Assembly: GCA_003345545.1 (NCBI GenBank)
Contig: PRDH01000039.1
Span: 1-64,000 of the forward strand
Direction of reading: 5' to 3'
DNA: 64,000 nt
DNA from: Candidatus Thorarchaeota archaeon
Lineage (GTDB): Archaea; Asgardarchaeota; Thorarchaeia; Thorarchaeales; Thorarchaeaceae
The position numbers and the translations under genes were made by a program. Shown piece by piece: positions 36,495-45,953 of the stretch. The first letter of the stretch is position 1. Every line of letters starts with the position of its first letter. The notes under the pieces are model-generated. The model did no database searches. It saw nothing but the letters and a program-made list of their open reading frames with translations, and was not told the origin of the DNA.

Positions 36495-39400
36495 ATGTAT
36501 CGAAGCCACCTCATAGTTGCTCTACTCATAGTATCGATTCTACCCTTGTCTGGAAACTCGGTAGTGCAGCACAGCAGCTACTATAGCCCTATTGCGGATG
36601 GCTACTTGATTGAAGCAAGGCTCCAGATGGAGATAGCATCTGCACAAGAGAGTGGCGCGAGTGCGATCCTTGAGTTCAAGGGACCGCTGTCATCAACAGA
36701 AATAGCACAAGCAGAAGCTCTCGGGCTTGACTTTGCGAGACGCGGGTCCACAATCATCAATGTCGGTCGTATCTACTCTGCCATAGTCACCTCGAGAGAT
36801 GTCCTTGATCATCTCACCGATTTGGGGCTTGTCCGAGCCACCTCTGGTACAAAACAGTATGTTCCATCCCTTGACACATCCGTATCAGAGATTCGGGCTG
36901 ATGACGTGTGGAACAACCTGCATGCTGATGGTCAGGCTGTGAATGGTTCTGGCGTCACTGTGGCAGTAATCGATACCGGCGCCATGTGGACCCATCCGTC
37001 CTTTTGGCGACAGTATCCTGGCCAGTTTGACTTCCTCCTATCAGGACCCGATTACTTCATCGACCTCAATAACGATTCAGTTGCTGGCATAGGCGAAGGT
37101 CCAATTCGAACTGTCAACTCGCAGTCAGGACCTATGATAAGCTATGCTTTGGATTACATGTATGCCAATAATGATGGTGCAACTGGTTTCAACTACGCAG
37201 CTGGGGATAGATGGATTGGAGGAATTGATGCGAACGTAGACAATTCAATCGACCTGTCCTCTGAGAAAGCAGTAATTCTGAACATCTCAAAGGTTGCCTT
37301 GTTCTACGATCAGGAAGAGTCACTCGTCTATGCACGTGGAGTCAATCTGACTTTGGCTACTTCTGTCGGAGACACGAATGGTCATGGTACGCATGTAGCA
37401 TCAACAATTGCAGGGGGACAACCCGGTCTCACATCCTATGTGGGGGTAGCTCCCGGAGCTGACCTGATTATCGTTCGCAGCCCGCTCCAGTCAGCAGACA
37501 TCATCGACGGGATTAGTTTTGCAGTAGAAAACGGGGCAGACATCATTAACATGTCGTTCTCATCGTATCTGGGCTTTCTTGACGGAACTGATCCTGAAGA
37601 TCTTGCGATTACAGAAGCCTTTCTCAGTCATGGGGTCTTGTCAACTGCAGCAGCGGGCAATCTGGCCACCCACGATAAACATGCACGTATCAGCGTTTCC
37701 TCCGGTTCGTACAATACTGTCGGTCTAGATGTCTACAGTGAACCTAATTTTACCTTCTTGAGTCTACTGTGGCAGTCTACAGATCGTGATGAGCATGTGA
37801 TCTTAGGTTACTCCTCGGGTGAACCAATCGACCTTGGGAAGTACTCAGACATAGCAGGACGTTCTTTCTTCCTAGACACGGAGAATCTCTCTGCATATGT
37901 GTTCTGCGAGATTAGTCCACGCGGGATGAATAACATCATCATCCAAGTCTCGACCGCTGAGCATGATTGGCTTGATGGGCATTGGACTATCCGAGTCGAA
38001 AATCCTGAAGGAGATACAGTCTATGTTGATGGCTATGCATGGGATGGCGACTGGGGCACTTCTTACATGACCTTCAGTGACCATACTGAAGACCTGCACA
38101 CTATCAGTGGTCCTGCTACTTCAGACTTTGCCATTGCTGTCGCATCATTTGATGAGGACTCTGGAAGTATTAGTTCTTCATCAAGCAGAGGACCCCGCAT
38201 TGATGGTGCACCTAAGCCAGACATTTCAGCTCCTGGTGTGGGAATATCTGCCGCAAGAAATAGTGTATCTTCGCTCTGGATTTCAAAGGCAGGTACTAGC
38301 ATGGCTTCTCCGCATGTTGCTGGAGTCCTTGCTCTGATTCATCAGGCTGAAGGTACGTCCAGCAAATGGAGCGACTACACTGCCTTAGTCAATGGTGCTG
38401 GAGGCAGATCCTCGCACTATGACCTGTCCTCCGTGTATTGGGGCCATGGACTCTGCGACGCCGCTCTCTCCGTCATGCACGTTCTCAGTGAAGCCCTTGA
38501 GAGTGGCTCTTCACAATCAGATTGGGCACTCATTGAGGATTTGGTGAGTGACCCTGTGGATCCAGCAGTTTCGGGAGAGCTGGACATTCTCTCGGTCAAG
38601 GTAATGCAACAAATCGGGTCTATGGGCTTTGCAGCAACGACAAGGTCTGGCAGTGATTTCAGTGGTGCTGATATGTTGAGCATGGAGTGGGACTCTGACT
38701 CGAACGTTTCTACTGGAGTCAACGGTGCCAATCTATTGTTCAACCTGACTGGAAACACGTTCTCTATCTATGAGTGGTCTGGGTCATCCTATGAATCATC
38801 AGCATTGCTTGGTTTGTGGTGGCAGGATGGTGCAATGACCGTCCTGAAGATTGAGGGCTTCCAAGATGTGGAGCGAGGAAGCGTCATCTGTGCCACTCAC
38901 AATGCAACAGGACTCTACCGTGATCAGACCGGAGTCGGAGTCCTCTCTGATCAATGGCGACCACTGATTGATAGCTTAGCGATGACACCCATTGACAGTT
39001 CTCTCTCTGTCGAGCTCACGGCTGATGACCGAGACTCATCGGTGCGTACGATGACCATTGGCGCAAGTATTGTGGATGGATCGTATGAGGAGCTTCAATC
39101 ATCGACGGTGAATGGAAATGCAACAATCCAATTCCTCATAGAGTCCGATACTCTCTTGACCCCATACATCAATAGCCTCCTCTTCAATCTGACATCCGAA
39201 TCTGAATCACTCTTCTCACCACTGGTCATGCTCTCTGGACAGACTGGCGGATTCATGAGAATCGTGAGTGCATCATTGGATAGTTCAATAGTCCGCGTTG
39301 GCCTTCTCTATGATGAGCAGATATCCGGTCAGTTCACTCTTGAAGGATTTGCGCTCGCATCAGAGGTCTTGATTGGATTCCGCTATTCCTCTGGATTATG

Positions 39401-39656
39401 GTTCAATTTCACAGTTTCAGGCATCGATGGTCTCTATGAGTTTCTTATTGCCCCTGCGGGGTTTCCTGTAGGCAATTATGATGTCTACGCTATCGCCAGA
39501 GGTGCTACAGTCTCAGCGACCGAGTTGAACTTCGCCACACTGTCGATTATTGAGGACAATACAGCAATCATTATGGGATTTGCGCTGGTTGTCATTGTAG
39601 TTGTAATAGTCTTGGTCATGAGAAGAATGAGAGATAGAAGAGGTCTTGAATCATGA
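36495..39656 (+). CDS. Membrane-anchored S8 subtilase
   Basis: Signal peptide after ATG 36495; IDTG, HGTHVA, AAGN, GTSMASPH; C-terminal TM plus basic tail. Confidence 0.92.
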   Translation: MYRSHLIVALLIVSILPLSGNSVVQHSSYYSPIADGYLIEARLQMEIASAQESGASAILEFKGPLSSTEIAQAEALGLDFARRGSTIINVGRIYSAIVTSRDVLDHLTDLGLVRATSGTKQYVPSLDTSVSEIRADDVWNNLHADGQAVNGSGVTVAVIDTGAMWTHPSFWRQYPGQFDFLLSGPDYFIDLNNDSVAGIGEGPIRTVNSQSGPMISYALDYMYANNDGATGFNYAAGDRWIGGIDANVDNSIDLSSEKAVILNISKVALFYDQEESLVYARGVNLTLATSVGDTNGHGTHVASTIAGGQPGLTSYVGVAPGADLIIVRSPLQSADIIDGISFAVENGADIINMSFSSYLGFLDGTDPEDLAITEAFLSHGVLSTAAAGNLATHDKHARISVSSGSYNTVGLDVYSEPNFTFLSLLWQSTDRDEHVILGYSSGEPIDLGKYSDIAGRSFFLDTENLSAYVFCEISPRGMNNIIIQVSTAEHDWLDGHWTIRVENPEGDTVYVDGYAWDGDWGTSYMTFSDHTEDLHTISGPATSDFAIAVASFDEDSGSISSSSSRGPRIDGAPKPDISAPGVGISAARNSVSSLWISKAGTSMASPHVAGVLALIHQAEGTSSKWSDYTALVNGAGGRSSHYDLSSVYWGHGLCDAALSVMHVLSEALESGSSQSDWALIEDLVSDPVDPAVSGELDILSVKVMQQIGSMGFAATTRSGSDFSGADMLSMEWDSDSNVSTGVNGANLLFNLTGNTFSIYEWSGSSYESSALLGLWWQDGAMTVLKIEGFQDVERGSVICATHNATGLYRDQTGVGVLSDQWRPLIDSLAMTPIDSSLSVELTADDRDSSVRTMTIGASIVDGSYEELQSSTVNGNATIQFLIESDTLLTPYINSLLFNLTSESESLFSPLVMLSGQTGGFMRIVSASLDSSIVRVGLLYDEQISGQFTLEGFALASEVLIGFRYSSGLWFNFTVSGIDGLYEFLIAPAGFPVGNYDVYAIARGATVSATELNFATLSIIEDNTAIIMGFALVVIVVVIVLVMRRMRDRRGLES

Positions 39657-40933
39657 GAATAGTAATAGTCGGTTACGGCCCCGGCGGAGCAGCTGCAGCA
39701 ATTGCAGCAAGGATGTTCAATCCCGAAGCTGAGGTAAGAATCCTGACTGAGGAGGTTCTTGACGCCCATAAGAAACCAGGTGCCTCACTTGCTCTGGAGT
39801 TCCCAGATACAAAGGATCTATCAATCAATGACTGGTCCATAAGCTCACTGGCAAAGAAACGCATCGATGTTGTCACCGGTACAAGCGTAATCAGCGGAAA
39901 CCCGAAGTCAAGATCACTCAAGACAAAGAACGAGCAGGGCAAATCGACAGTGAAGTATGATCGTCTCATCTTGGCCACTGGAGGCATTCCGAATATCCCT
40001 GAGATACCAGGAACTGATTTGCCTGGCATATTCACGATTCAGAACATGACTGACACAAGCGAGATCGGCAGACAACTCTCAGAAATGAATGAGGTTGTCA
40101 TTGTCGGTGCTGGATTCAGTGGTCTTGAAGCTGCAGAGAGACTGATTTCTCTTGGCAAGGATGTGCATATGATTATCCGTTCTCGTTTCATGAGAAGGCA
40201 ACTTGAGGAACCAATGAGTGATGAGCTCCAATCGAGGCTGCCTCAGATTCTAAAGTTGCACTTTGGACTTGCTCCCTCCGCAGTCCTTGGTGACCAGCAC
40301 GTCCAGAGTGTTCTCCTTGGAAATCAACAGGTTGATGCGGATGCTATTCTTTTCATGACTGGCGTCAGACCCAACACCGCCCTTGCTCAACAACTTGGTG
40401 CCAAGATCGGAAGTCTTGGTGGAATCCTTGTTGACGAGCAGATGCAGACCTCTGTCAAGGGCATTTTCGCTGTGGGCGACTGCGTCGAGATGAAGGACTC
40501 ATATACAGGTCTAAATCTTCTTCTTCCGATTGGCAGTGTGGCAGCGAGAGCTGGAAGGCAAGCTGGCGTTGCAGCAGTTGGAAGTACCAAGATATACGGG
40601 GACACATCAAAGCGACTTCAGTATGACAGAATCTTTGGGAATGATGTTGTCTGTGTTGGTCATTCCTCGACTTCTGCTGAGGACTTGGGTGTCAAGACAA
40701 AAGTCCAGTATGTTGAGGATCCCAGTGAGTTCAGCAAGGTCGCGCTTGTTATCGGACCAAGGGGTCAATTGATAGGTGGACAGGTCATAGCCGCAAGACA
40801 GGGCGCTCGACTCGGATATGAGATTCTGGAGCGCGTTGAAGCCAGAGCCAAACTCAAGAATCAGCCGCTGCTGAAGCCGCGTCATGAACGGCTTCGTGAT
40901 TTTCTAGAGTCCACCTTCGGCCCTATTCAATAG
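39653..40933 (+). CDS. FAD/NAD(P)-dependent pyridine nucleotide oxidoreductase (Nox/CoADR-like)
   Basis: GYGPGG, LATGG, GAGFSG, FAVGDC. Confidence 0.85.
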   Translation: MRIVIVGYGPGGAAAAIAARMFNPEAEVRILTEEVLDAHKKPGASLALEFPDTKDLSINDWSISSLAKKRIDVVTGTSVISGNPKSRSLKTKNEQGKSTVKYDRLILATGGIPNIPEIPGTDLPGIFTIQNMTDTSEIGRQLSEMNEVVIVGAGFSGLEAAERLISLGKDVHMIIRSRFMRRQLEEPMSDELQSRLPQILKLHFGLAPSAVLGDQHVQSVLLGNQQVDADAILFMTGVRPNTALAQQLGAKIGSLGGILVDEQMQTSVKGIFAVGDCVEMKDSYTGLNLLLPIGSVAARAGRQAGVAAVGSTKIYGDTSKRLQYDRIFGNDVVCVGHSSTSAEDLGVKTKVQYVEDPSEFSKVALVIGPRGQLIGGQVIAARQGARLGYEILERVEARAKLKNQPLLKPRHERLRDFLESTFGPIQ

Positions 40934-43844
40934 AAGGTGGGGGTACCTCCCATTCATCCTGAGGCTCTTCCACTTTGGGCTTCGGTTTTCTCCCGGATCC
41001 ATACTTGAGCCATCCCACATATATCAGCCCGACGCCTACCACGCCTAGCAGTGTGTAGACAACAGCCTGAATGAATAGGTCATCTGCCGCATTCACGGGT
41101 ACAAGAATCGTCTTCTGGAATATCTTGATGTTGCCCTCTGTGTCAGACGCCTCCACCTGGATTGAGTAGAATCCTCCACTACTGAACACAAATATCGTTG
41201 AGAACTTGTAGCCCTGATTCTCTGTTATTGGGCCCGTGAGGTTTGTGTTTCCGGGTCCAATGATGTCAATCGATACACGCTCCAGATCATTATCAAAGAC
41301 ATATGCAGTGATGTTTGCAAGTTCGCCCAACTTACCCATATTCATTTCGACATCATAGATTCTGGGCGCGTTAGGAAGGATTGCCTCTGCGAGGTTTCTG
41401 AGCAACCTTAGGTTGTCTGCTCCATAACGAATTGCATCGAACAGAATATCATCATAGAGCGTCGAGCCATCCGAGATGACAAATACATGGCCGTTACCGT
41501 ACTCTGCGGTGGCCACAATCGCATGAGTCTTTGCTGAGTCAGCCCAGAACAGCCCGCGTGCGTTTGAGATGCTTGGTTCAACGTGCAGTGTGCTTCCTTG
41601 GACAATGTAAAGGCTCCTCACTCCTTCCATGAGTGTAACATTCTCTACAGCGCTTCCGACGTCGGCGTCATATATCAGCCCAGAGCCTCCAGGACCATCA
41701 CCTATCCCATTTTGTTCACACTGTATGCCAAACGGTTCAAGTATGAGGTTATAGGAATCTATTCCGAATGTCGCTGAATGTGTTGTAGCATTCCAGAACT
41801 CCGATAGTACTAAGAGGATTCCACCGTTTTCAACAAATCCGTGCAATGCGGCAATCTCTGCATCAGAATATGCGGTTTCAGTATCCATAATCATGAACAC
41901 ATCTGAGCTGGAGATTGTACCGAGGTCTATGTAACTTCGTCTAAGATCTTCAGGATTTCCGAACTCCGTAAGCAGCATGCCTCGCTCTCTTAGATATTCG
42001 GTGAAGTATCCAAAGTATGATGGATCATCGATGTCACCGGTCAGCCCCGTTGAGTGGTGCTCCATATCAACCATCAAGCTCCCACCAAAGAGAGTGATGC
42101 TGAACTTGATATCAATTGAAGCTAGCGTTGTGTTTCCCGCAGTCAAATTCAACGTTCCTGTGTAGAGCCCCGCATTGCTAAGAGGCAGGTCCTCTGGAAT
42201 GTTCAGGAGAATGGCAAAGTGCGAATAGCCAGAGATTACTGAAACCTGTTCAACATTTGTTTCCACATATTGGCTTGCATTTCCGATTATCGTGATGCCG
42301 GCTGTTCCTGCTTGCACAGTGGAAATGACAGTAATATTCTGAGGTGGTCTATCGTCTCCTACAATCAGAACCTGCGGGCCCCAAGGGAGGGTAGGGAAAC
42401 GTCTTGGTGTCATGATTGTTATGTCACGTGAAGAGTCAGCCAGAGCCTGAGAAGCACGAGTAACATTGACCAGACCCCACCCCTGAAGCATTGGGTCAAG
42501 GCCTAGGTCTGTGGATGACAACATCAGTGCTGTCTTTGCCTCTTCCGGAGTCAGCACAAGATGTTTCTGTGCCAATAGCGCAACAGCGCCTGCAACCATG
42601 GGAGCCGATGCCGATGTTCCTGACCAGACTGTATAATTGTTGGCATACTGTGAGGAGTTGTAGCTGGGATACTCACTTGGAATGGCATCTTCGCCCCTTC
42701 CTGAAACAACATAGTAACCAGGTGCGACGACATCTGGTTTAGCCATGTATCCTTTAGGCTGCGAAACAGTTCTCCAGACTGGACCAACACTACTAAATGC
42801 AATGACTCCCTCAGCTCCAGATGATGCTCCGACTGTAATGACCTCTTCTGTGATGCCTGGTGAGTTGATAGAGAACGCTTGTGGTCCTGAATTGCCCGCG
42901 GCGACCACTACAGAAATGCCCGCATCAACGGCGTTTCGACAGGCTACTACGGATGGTTCGACAACGAAAGTACTGTCTGTCCATTCGCCACCCAGACTTA
43001 GGCTTATTACATCTGCGTCGTTATCAATAGCAAACTCGATGCCCTGTGCAATGACTGAATCATCGCCAGAACCCTCATTATCGAGAACCTTGATAGAGAG
43101 AATGCTCGCACCAGGAGCCATACCTGTGAGATTGCCACCGCTTGCCGTGCCATCCCCTGCCACATTCCACGTGCAGGCAGTACCGTGACCATTGTCGTCG
43201 TATGCATCGATGCCATTCGCAGGTGTCATATCATCTCGTCCGTTGATGAGGTCCTTGAATCCAATCAGCCGGTTCTCAAGATCTGGATGATTTCCGTCCA
43301 CTCCGCTGTCCAATACAGCGACAACAATCCCGCTTCCGTTGAATCCTTGCTCCCACAAGCCATTAGCGTCCATGATTTCAGTGAAGTGCACATACTCATT
43401 TCCATTTGCTGCGAACACTGCCTGCGGGTCTGCTGTTTGAGAGGTGATCTGTCTGTTCATGTCTAGTGTTAGAGCAATCATCTTAGTGTTTTGAGCAAGC
43501 TTGGTGATTTCATCGCTCCTCACATACAGCGATACCATTGGCATGATATGAAATGCATGTCGAATCTGAATGCTGATAGCCACTGACATGTCAATCGAGG
43601 CAATCATCTCTTCGGGTGTGCTTCCTTCAGGAAACAACGCTATGAGTGACATCACGTCATCTGATTGAGACTCTGCTAATGCGGCAATCAGATCTGCACT
43701 CATGAAAGTTTCCTGAGATGAATCTGCGGCACTGGTATGCCACACAGGCACTGGTGAGAACATCAATGTCACAAGAATTATGAGAACGATGGTGGATCTA
43801 CGAATCGCTGGCATTACTGCGTGTCCTTCCATGTCGTCAGCCAT
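40923..43844 (-). CDS. Membrane-anchored S8 subtilase with GATase-like (DUF4350-type) domain
   Basis: LDSG, GHGTAC, AAGN, GTSASAP; EIAALHGFVENGG; C-terminal TM. Confidence 0.92.
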   Translation of the reverse strand: MADDMEGHAVMPAIRRSTIVLIILVTLMFSPVPVWHTSAADSSQETFMSADLIAALAESQSDDVMSLIALFPEGSTPEEMIASIDMSVAISIQIRHAFHIMPMVSLYVRSDEITKLAQNTKMIALTLDMNRQITSQTADPQAVFAANGNEYVHFTEIMDANGLWEQGFNGSGIVVAVLDSGVDGNHPDLENRLIGFKDLINGRDDMTPANGIDAYDDNGHGTACTWNVAGDGTASGGNLTGMAPGASILSIKVLDNEGSGDDSVIAQGIEFAIDNDADVISLSLGGEWTDSTFVVEPSVVACRNAVDAGISVVVAAGNSGPQAFSINSPGITEEVITVGASSGAEGVIAFSSVGPVWRTVSQPKGYMAKPDVVAPGYYVVSGRGEDAIPSEYPSYNSSQYANNYTVWSGTSASAPMVAGAVALLAQKHLVLTPEEAKTALMLSSTDLGLDPMLQGWGLVNVTRASQALADSSRDITIMTPRRFPTLPWGPQVLIVGDDRPPQNITVISTVQAGTAGITIIGNASQYVETNVEQVSVISGYSHFAILLNIPEDLPLSNAGLYTGTLNLTAGNTTLASIDIKFSITLFGGSLMVDMEHHSTGLTGDIDDPSYFGYFTEYLRERGMLLTEFGNPEDLRRSYIDLGTISSSDVFMIMDTETAYSDAEIAALHGFVENGGILLVLSEFWNATTHSATFGIDSYNLILEPFGIQCEQNGIGDGPGGSGLIYDADVGSAVENVTLMEGVRSLYIVQGSTLHVEPSISNARGLFWADSAKTHAIVATAEYGNGHVFVISDGSTLYDDILFDAIRYGADNLRLLRNLAEAILPNAPRIYDVEMNMGKLGELANITAYVFDNDLERVSIDIIGPGNTNLTGPITENQGYKFSTIFVFSSGGFYSIQVEASDTEGNIKIFQKTILVPVNAADDLFIQAVVYTLLGVVGVGLIYVGWLKYGSGRKPKPKVEEPQDEWEVPPPSIE

Positions 43845-43995
43845 CAGTGGAAAGATAAGGCTTTTCTTCCATGCCAGACTCCTCGGGCAAGCCGCCGCAC
43901 TCTAGCTCGGATATGCCGAGAAAGAAGAACAAATCCCTTCGGGTTCACTAATTGATTAGGCTGCATTAGGGCATCCCAAACAACAAGCGGAGCGC

Positions 43996-44292
43996 ATGAG
44001 AATGGCAACAAAAACATACACGTACGAGCGTCGACTTCAACTCAAACACTTCTTCGATGATCGTGGATCGGGTCAGACGAGAAGAACGTGGCTTGAGATT
44101 CAGCTTGCCATGCCTGAGAAGACAACAGAAGGATGGATCAATGATGGGAAGGTCCGACTATCGATCGGTGAGGATCGTGATGTCAAAGGTTCGTTTCTTC
44201 TGTCCGTCGATGAGGCAGTCAGATTGGTCAAGAGCCTCGATATGGCAATTGAAGATCACGAAGCTGAGAAAGTCAGACTCTGGAGAGAATAG
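43996..44292 (+). CDS. Hypothetical small protein
   Basis: 98-aa ORF, beta-strands followed by a C-terminal helix. Confidence 0.7.
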   Translation: MRMATKTYTYERRLQLKHFFDDRGSGQTRRTWLEIQLAMPEKTTEGWINDGKVRLSIGEDRDVKGSFLLSVDEAVRLVKSLDMAIEDHEAEKVRLWRE

Positions 44293-44413
44293 TCACAGCT
44301 GAGCCCCTTGTTCCTGGTTCTCAATGGGAAACAATCTCTCCTTACTTCTTGGCGCCCTCATAGTTTTGCCAGAATAGTTTTAACCTAGCATATGCCTATC
44401 CTATCGATATTAG

Positions 44414-45520
44414 TTGGGAGGCCCTCCAATGACTGTTTCGGCTCTTCTATCAGACTATCAATCGCTGGTCGCTCTTGGCGCACCGATGGATGATATTCTC
44501 GCTATTGGTATATTCGCGCTGCCACTCGCTGCTCTGGGTATCATTCTTCTGGTCTATCAGCGACACCTTCCACAGAATGAGCTCAAACGCAATCTCATGG
44601 TGGTATCTGGTATCATCTGCTTGGCAGCAACTTCTCTGGGCGTCCTCTTTGCGGCTTCCAGCGCACTTCCTTGGAGTTTTGGGTCGTGGGACACATTCTC
44701 ACGAGGGCTGCAACTGCTCGTAGATCTATTCTTCGGATCAGTTCTGTTTTCTCTCCTGTACCTCCTCGGATGCGTGGTCTTCTTTGCACTTCTGGCTCAC
44801 TTCATCATTGCGGCTCCAGAACCAGATCTGGTCAGTCTGAGAACAGAGATGAAGGCGGCCAAGGAAGAGGCCAAACTTAGCAAAGAAGCTGTTCAGCGGC
44901 TTGAGGTGGACAACAAACGACTCAACGAGTTCCTCTCTGAGAAAGAAACATCATTAGCATCTCTTGAGGGGGAGCTTGAAACAATTAGGGCCGAGATAAG
45001 CGAACGTGAAGGTTCGATTTCTCTGATGGAGGCGCAACTCAAGGCGAAATCGGGACCTTCAGGCATTGAGGACAATGTGCGGGCTCAAATCCAGCAGAAG
45101 GATTTGACTATTGGCTCTCTCCAATCTGAAATTGCTGATTTAAGACTCAAGGTGGAAGGCACCAAGGACAGACCGATGACCTCACGAGACGATCGCAAGC
45201 TTGCGGAACTTGAGAAAAGCCTGCAGAACAGTCAGGCAAGATGGATTGACTTGACTCGTCGTGCAGAAACTGCATCGCAGGTTTCTGACAGCGTCATCTC
45301 TGACTTGGTGGAATTGATTTCGCAGGTCAAATCCACTAAGAAGGAAGATTCAACCAAGCAGACCCTGATCTCTCTCATTGAAGGTCTCGGGAAATCCGTT
45401 ACTAGGGTGGCTCGAGAAGCCGGAGAAGCAAAGGCTGACGAACCGAGGGTTGAGCTGATTGGCGCGATTATTATGACCAACGAAATAGTGGATGCCATCA
45501 AGAAAGTGATTCGTCAGTAG
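44414..45520 (+). CDS. 3-TM membrane protein with long coiled coil
   Basis: Hydrophobic N-terminus followed by heptad-rich E/K/L region. Confidence 0.8.
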   Translation: MGGPPMTVSALLSDYQSLVALGAPMDDILAIGIFALPLAALGIILLVYQRHLPQNELKRNLMVVSGIICLAATSLGVLFAASSALPWSFGSWDTFSRGLQLLVDLFFGSVLFSLLYLLGCVVFFALLAHFIIAAPEPDLVSLRTEMKAAKEEAKLSKEAVQRLEVDNKRLNEFLSEKETSLASLEGELETIRAEISEREGSISLMEAQLKAKSGPSGIEDNVRAQIQQKDLTIGSLQSEIADLRLKVEGTKDRPMTSRDDRKLAELEKSLQNSQARWIDLTRRAETASQVSDSVISDLVELISQVKSTKKEDSTKQTLISLIEGLGKSVTRVAREAGEAKADEPRVELIGAIIMTNEIVDAIKKVIRQ

Positions 45521-45807
45521 AAATACGCGGCGGCATGCTCGGCCCATCGAATTGGGTTCCGCAAAAGTGAGTGATTCGTACTGAATTAGGAGCTCATTAC
45601 AAGAGAGGGCCATAGGCCCTTGCATAGGAGTATTTGAAGCACAGTAGAATCACACTCTGGCCACAAACTCTGAAGGGCTACCAGCATGATTCTAAGCAGC
45701 CGCTCATTTCATTCGCAGCACTCATGAAAAGGAATTTCCTCTATTGCGAAAATCTTGCGCAATGCTTAATAGCAGGGTTGTCGCAGCTCGAAACTAATCA
45801 CATTACC

Positions 45808-45945
45808 CGTGGAGAACGCTGAAGAGGAGATAGCCAGTTTCACAAGAACTGGTTTGGAAGTTTTGTTGCGTCCAGAGGACGTCATCTTTGTTGAGGTGAT
45901 GCTACTCTGTCCGTGCTTGTTCTCCATCGAAATCGTGAGGAGAAA
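45808..45945 (+). promoter_or_regulatory. Candidate structured 5' leader RNA
   Basis: TGGAGAAC (45810-17) pairs with GTTCTCCA (45919-26) and encloses two G-U containing hairpins; TTCTCC can alternatively pair with the SD-region GGAGAA (45939-44). Confidence 0.5.
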
Positions 45946-45953
45946 AATGAAAA

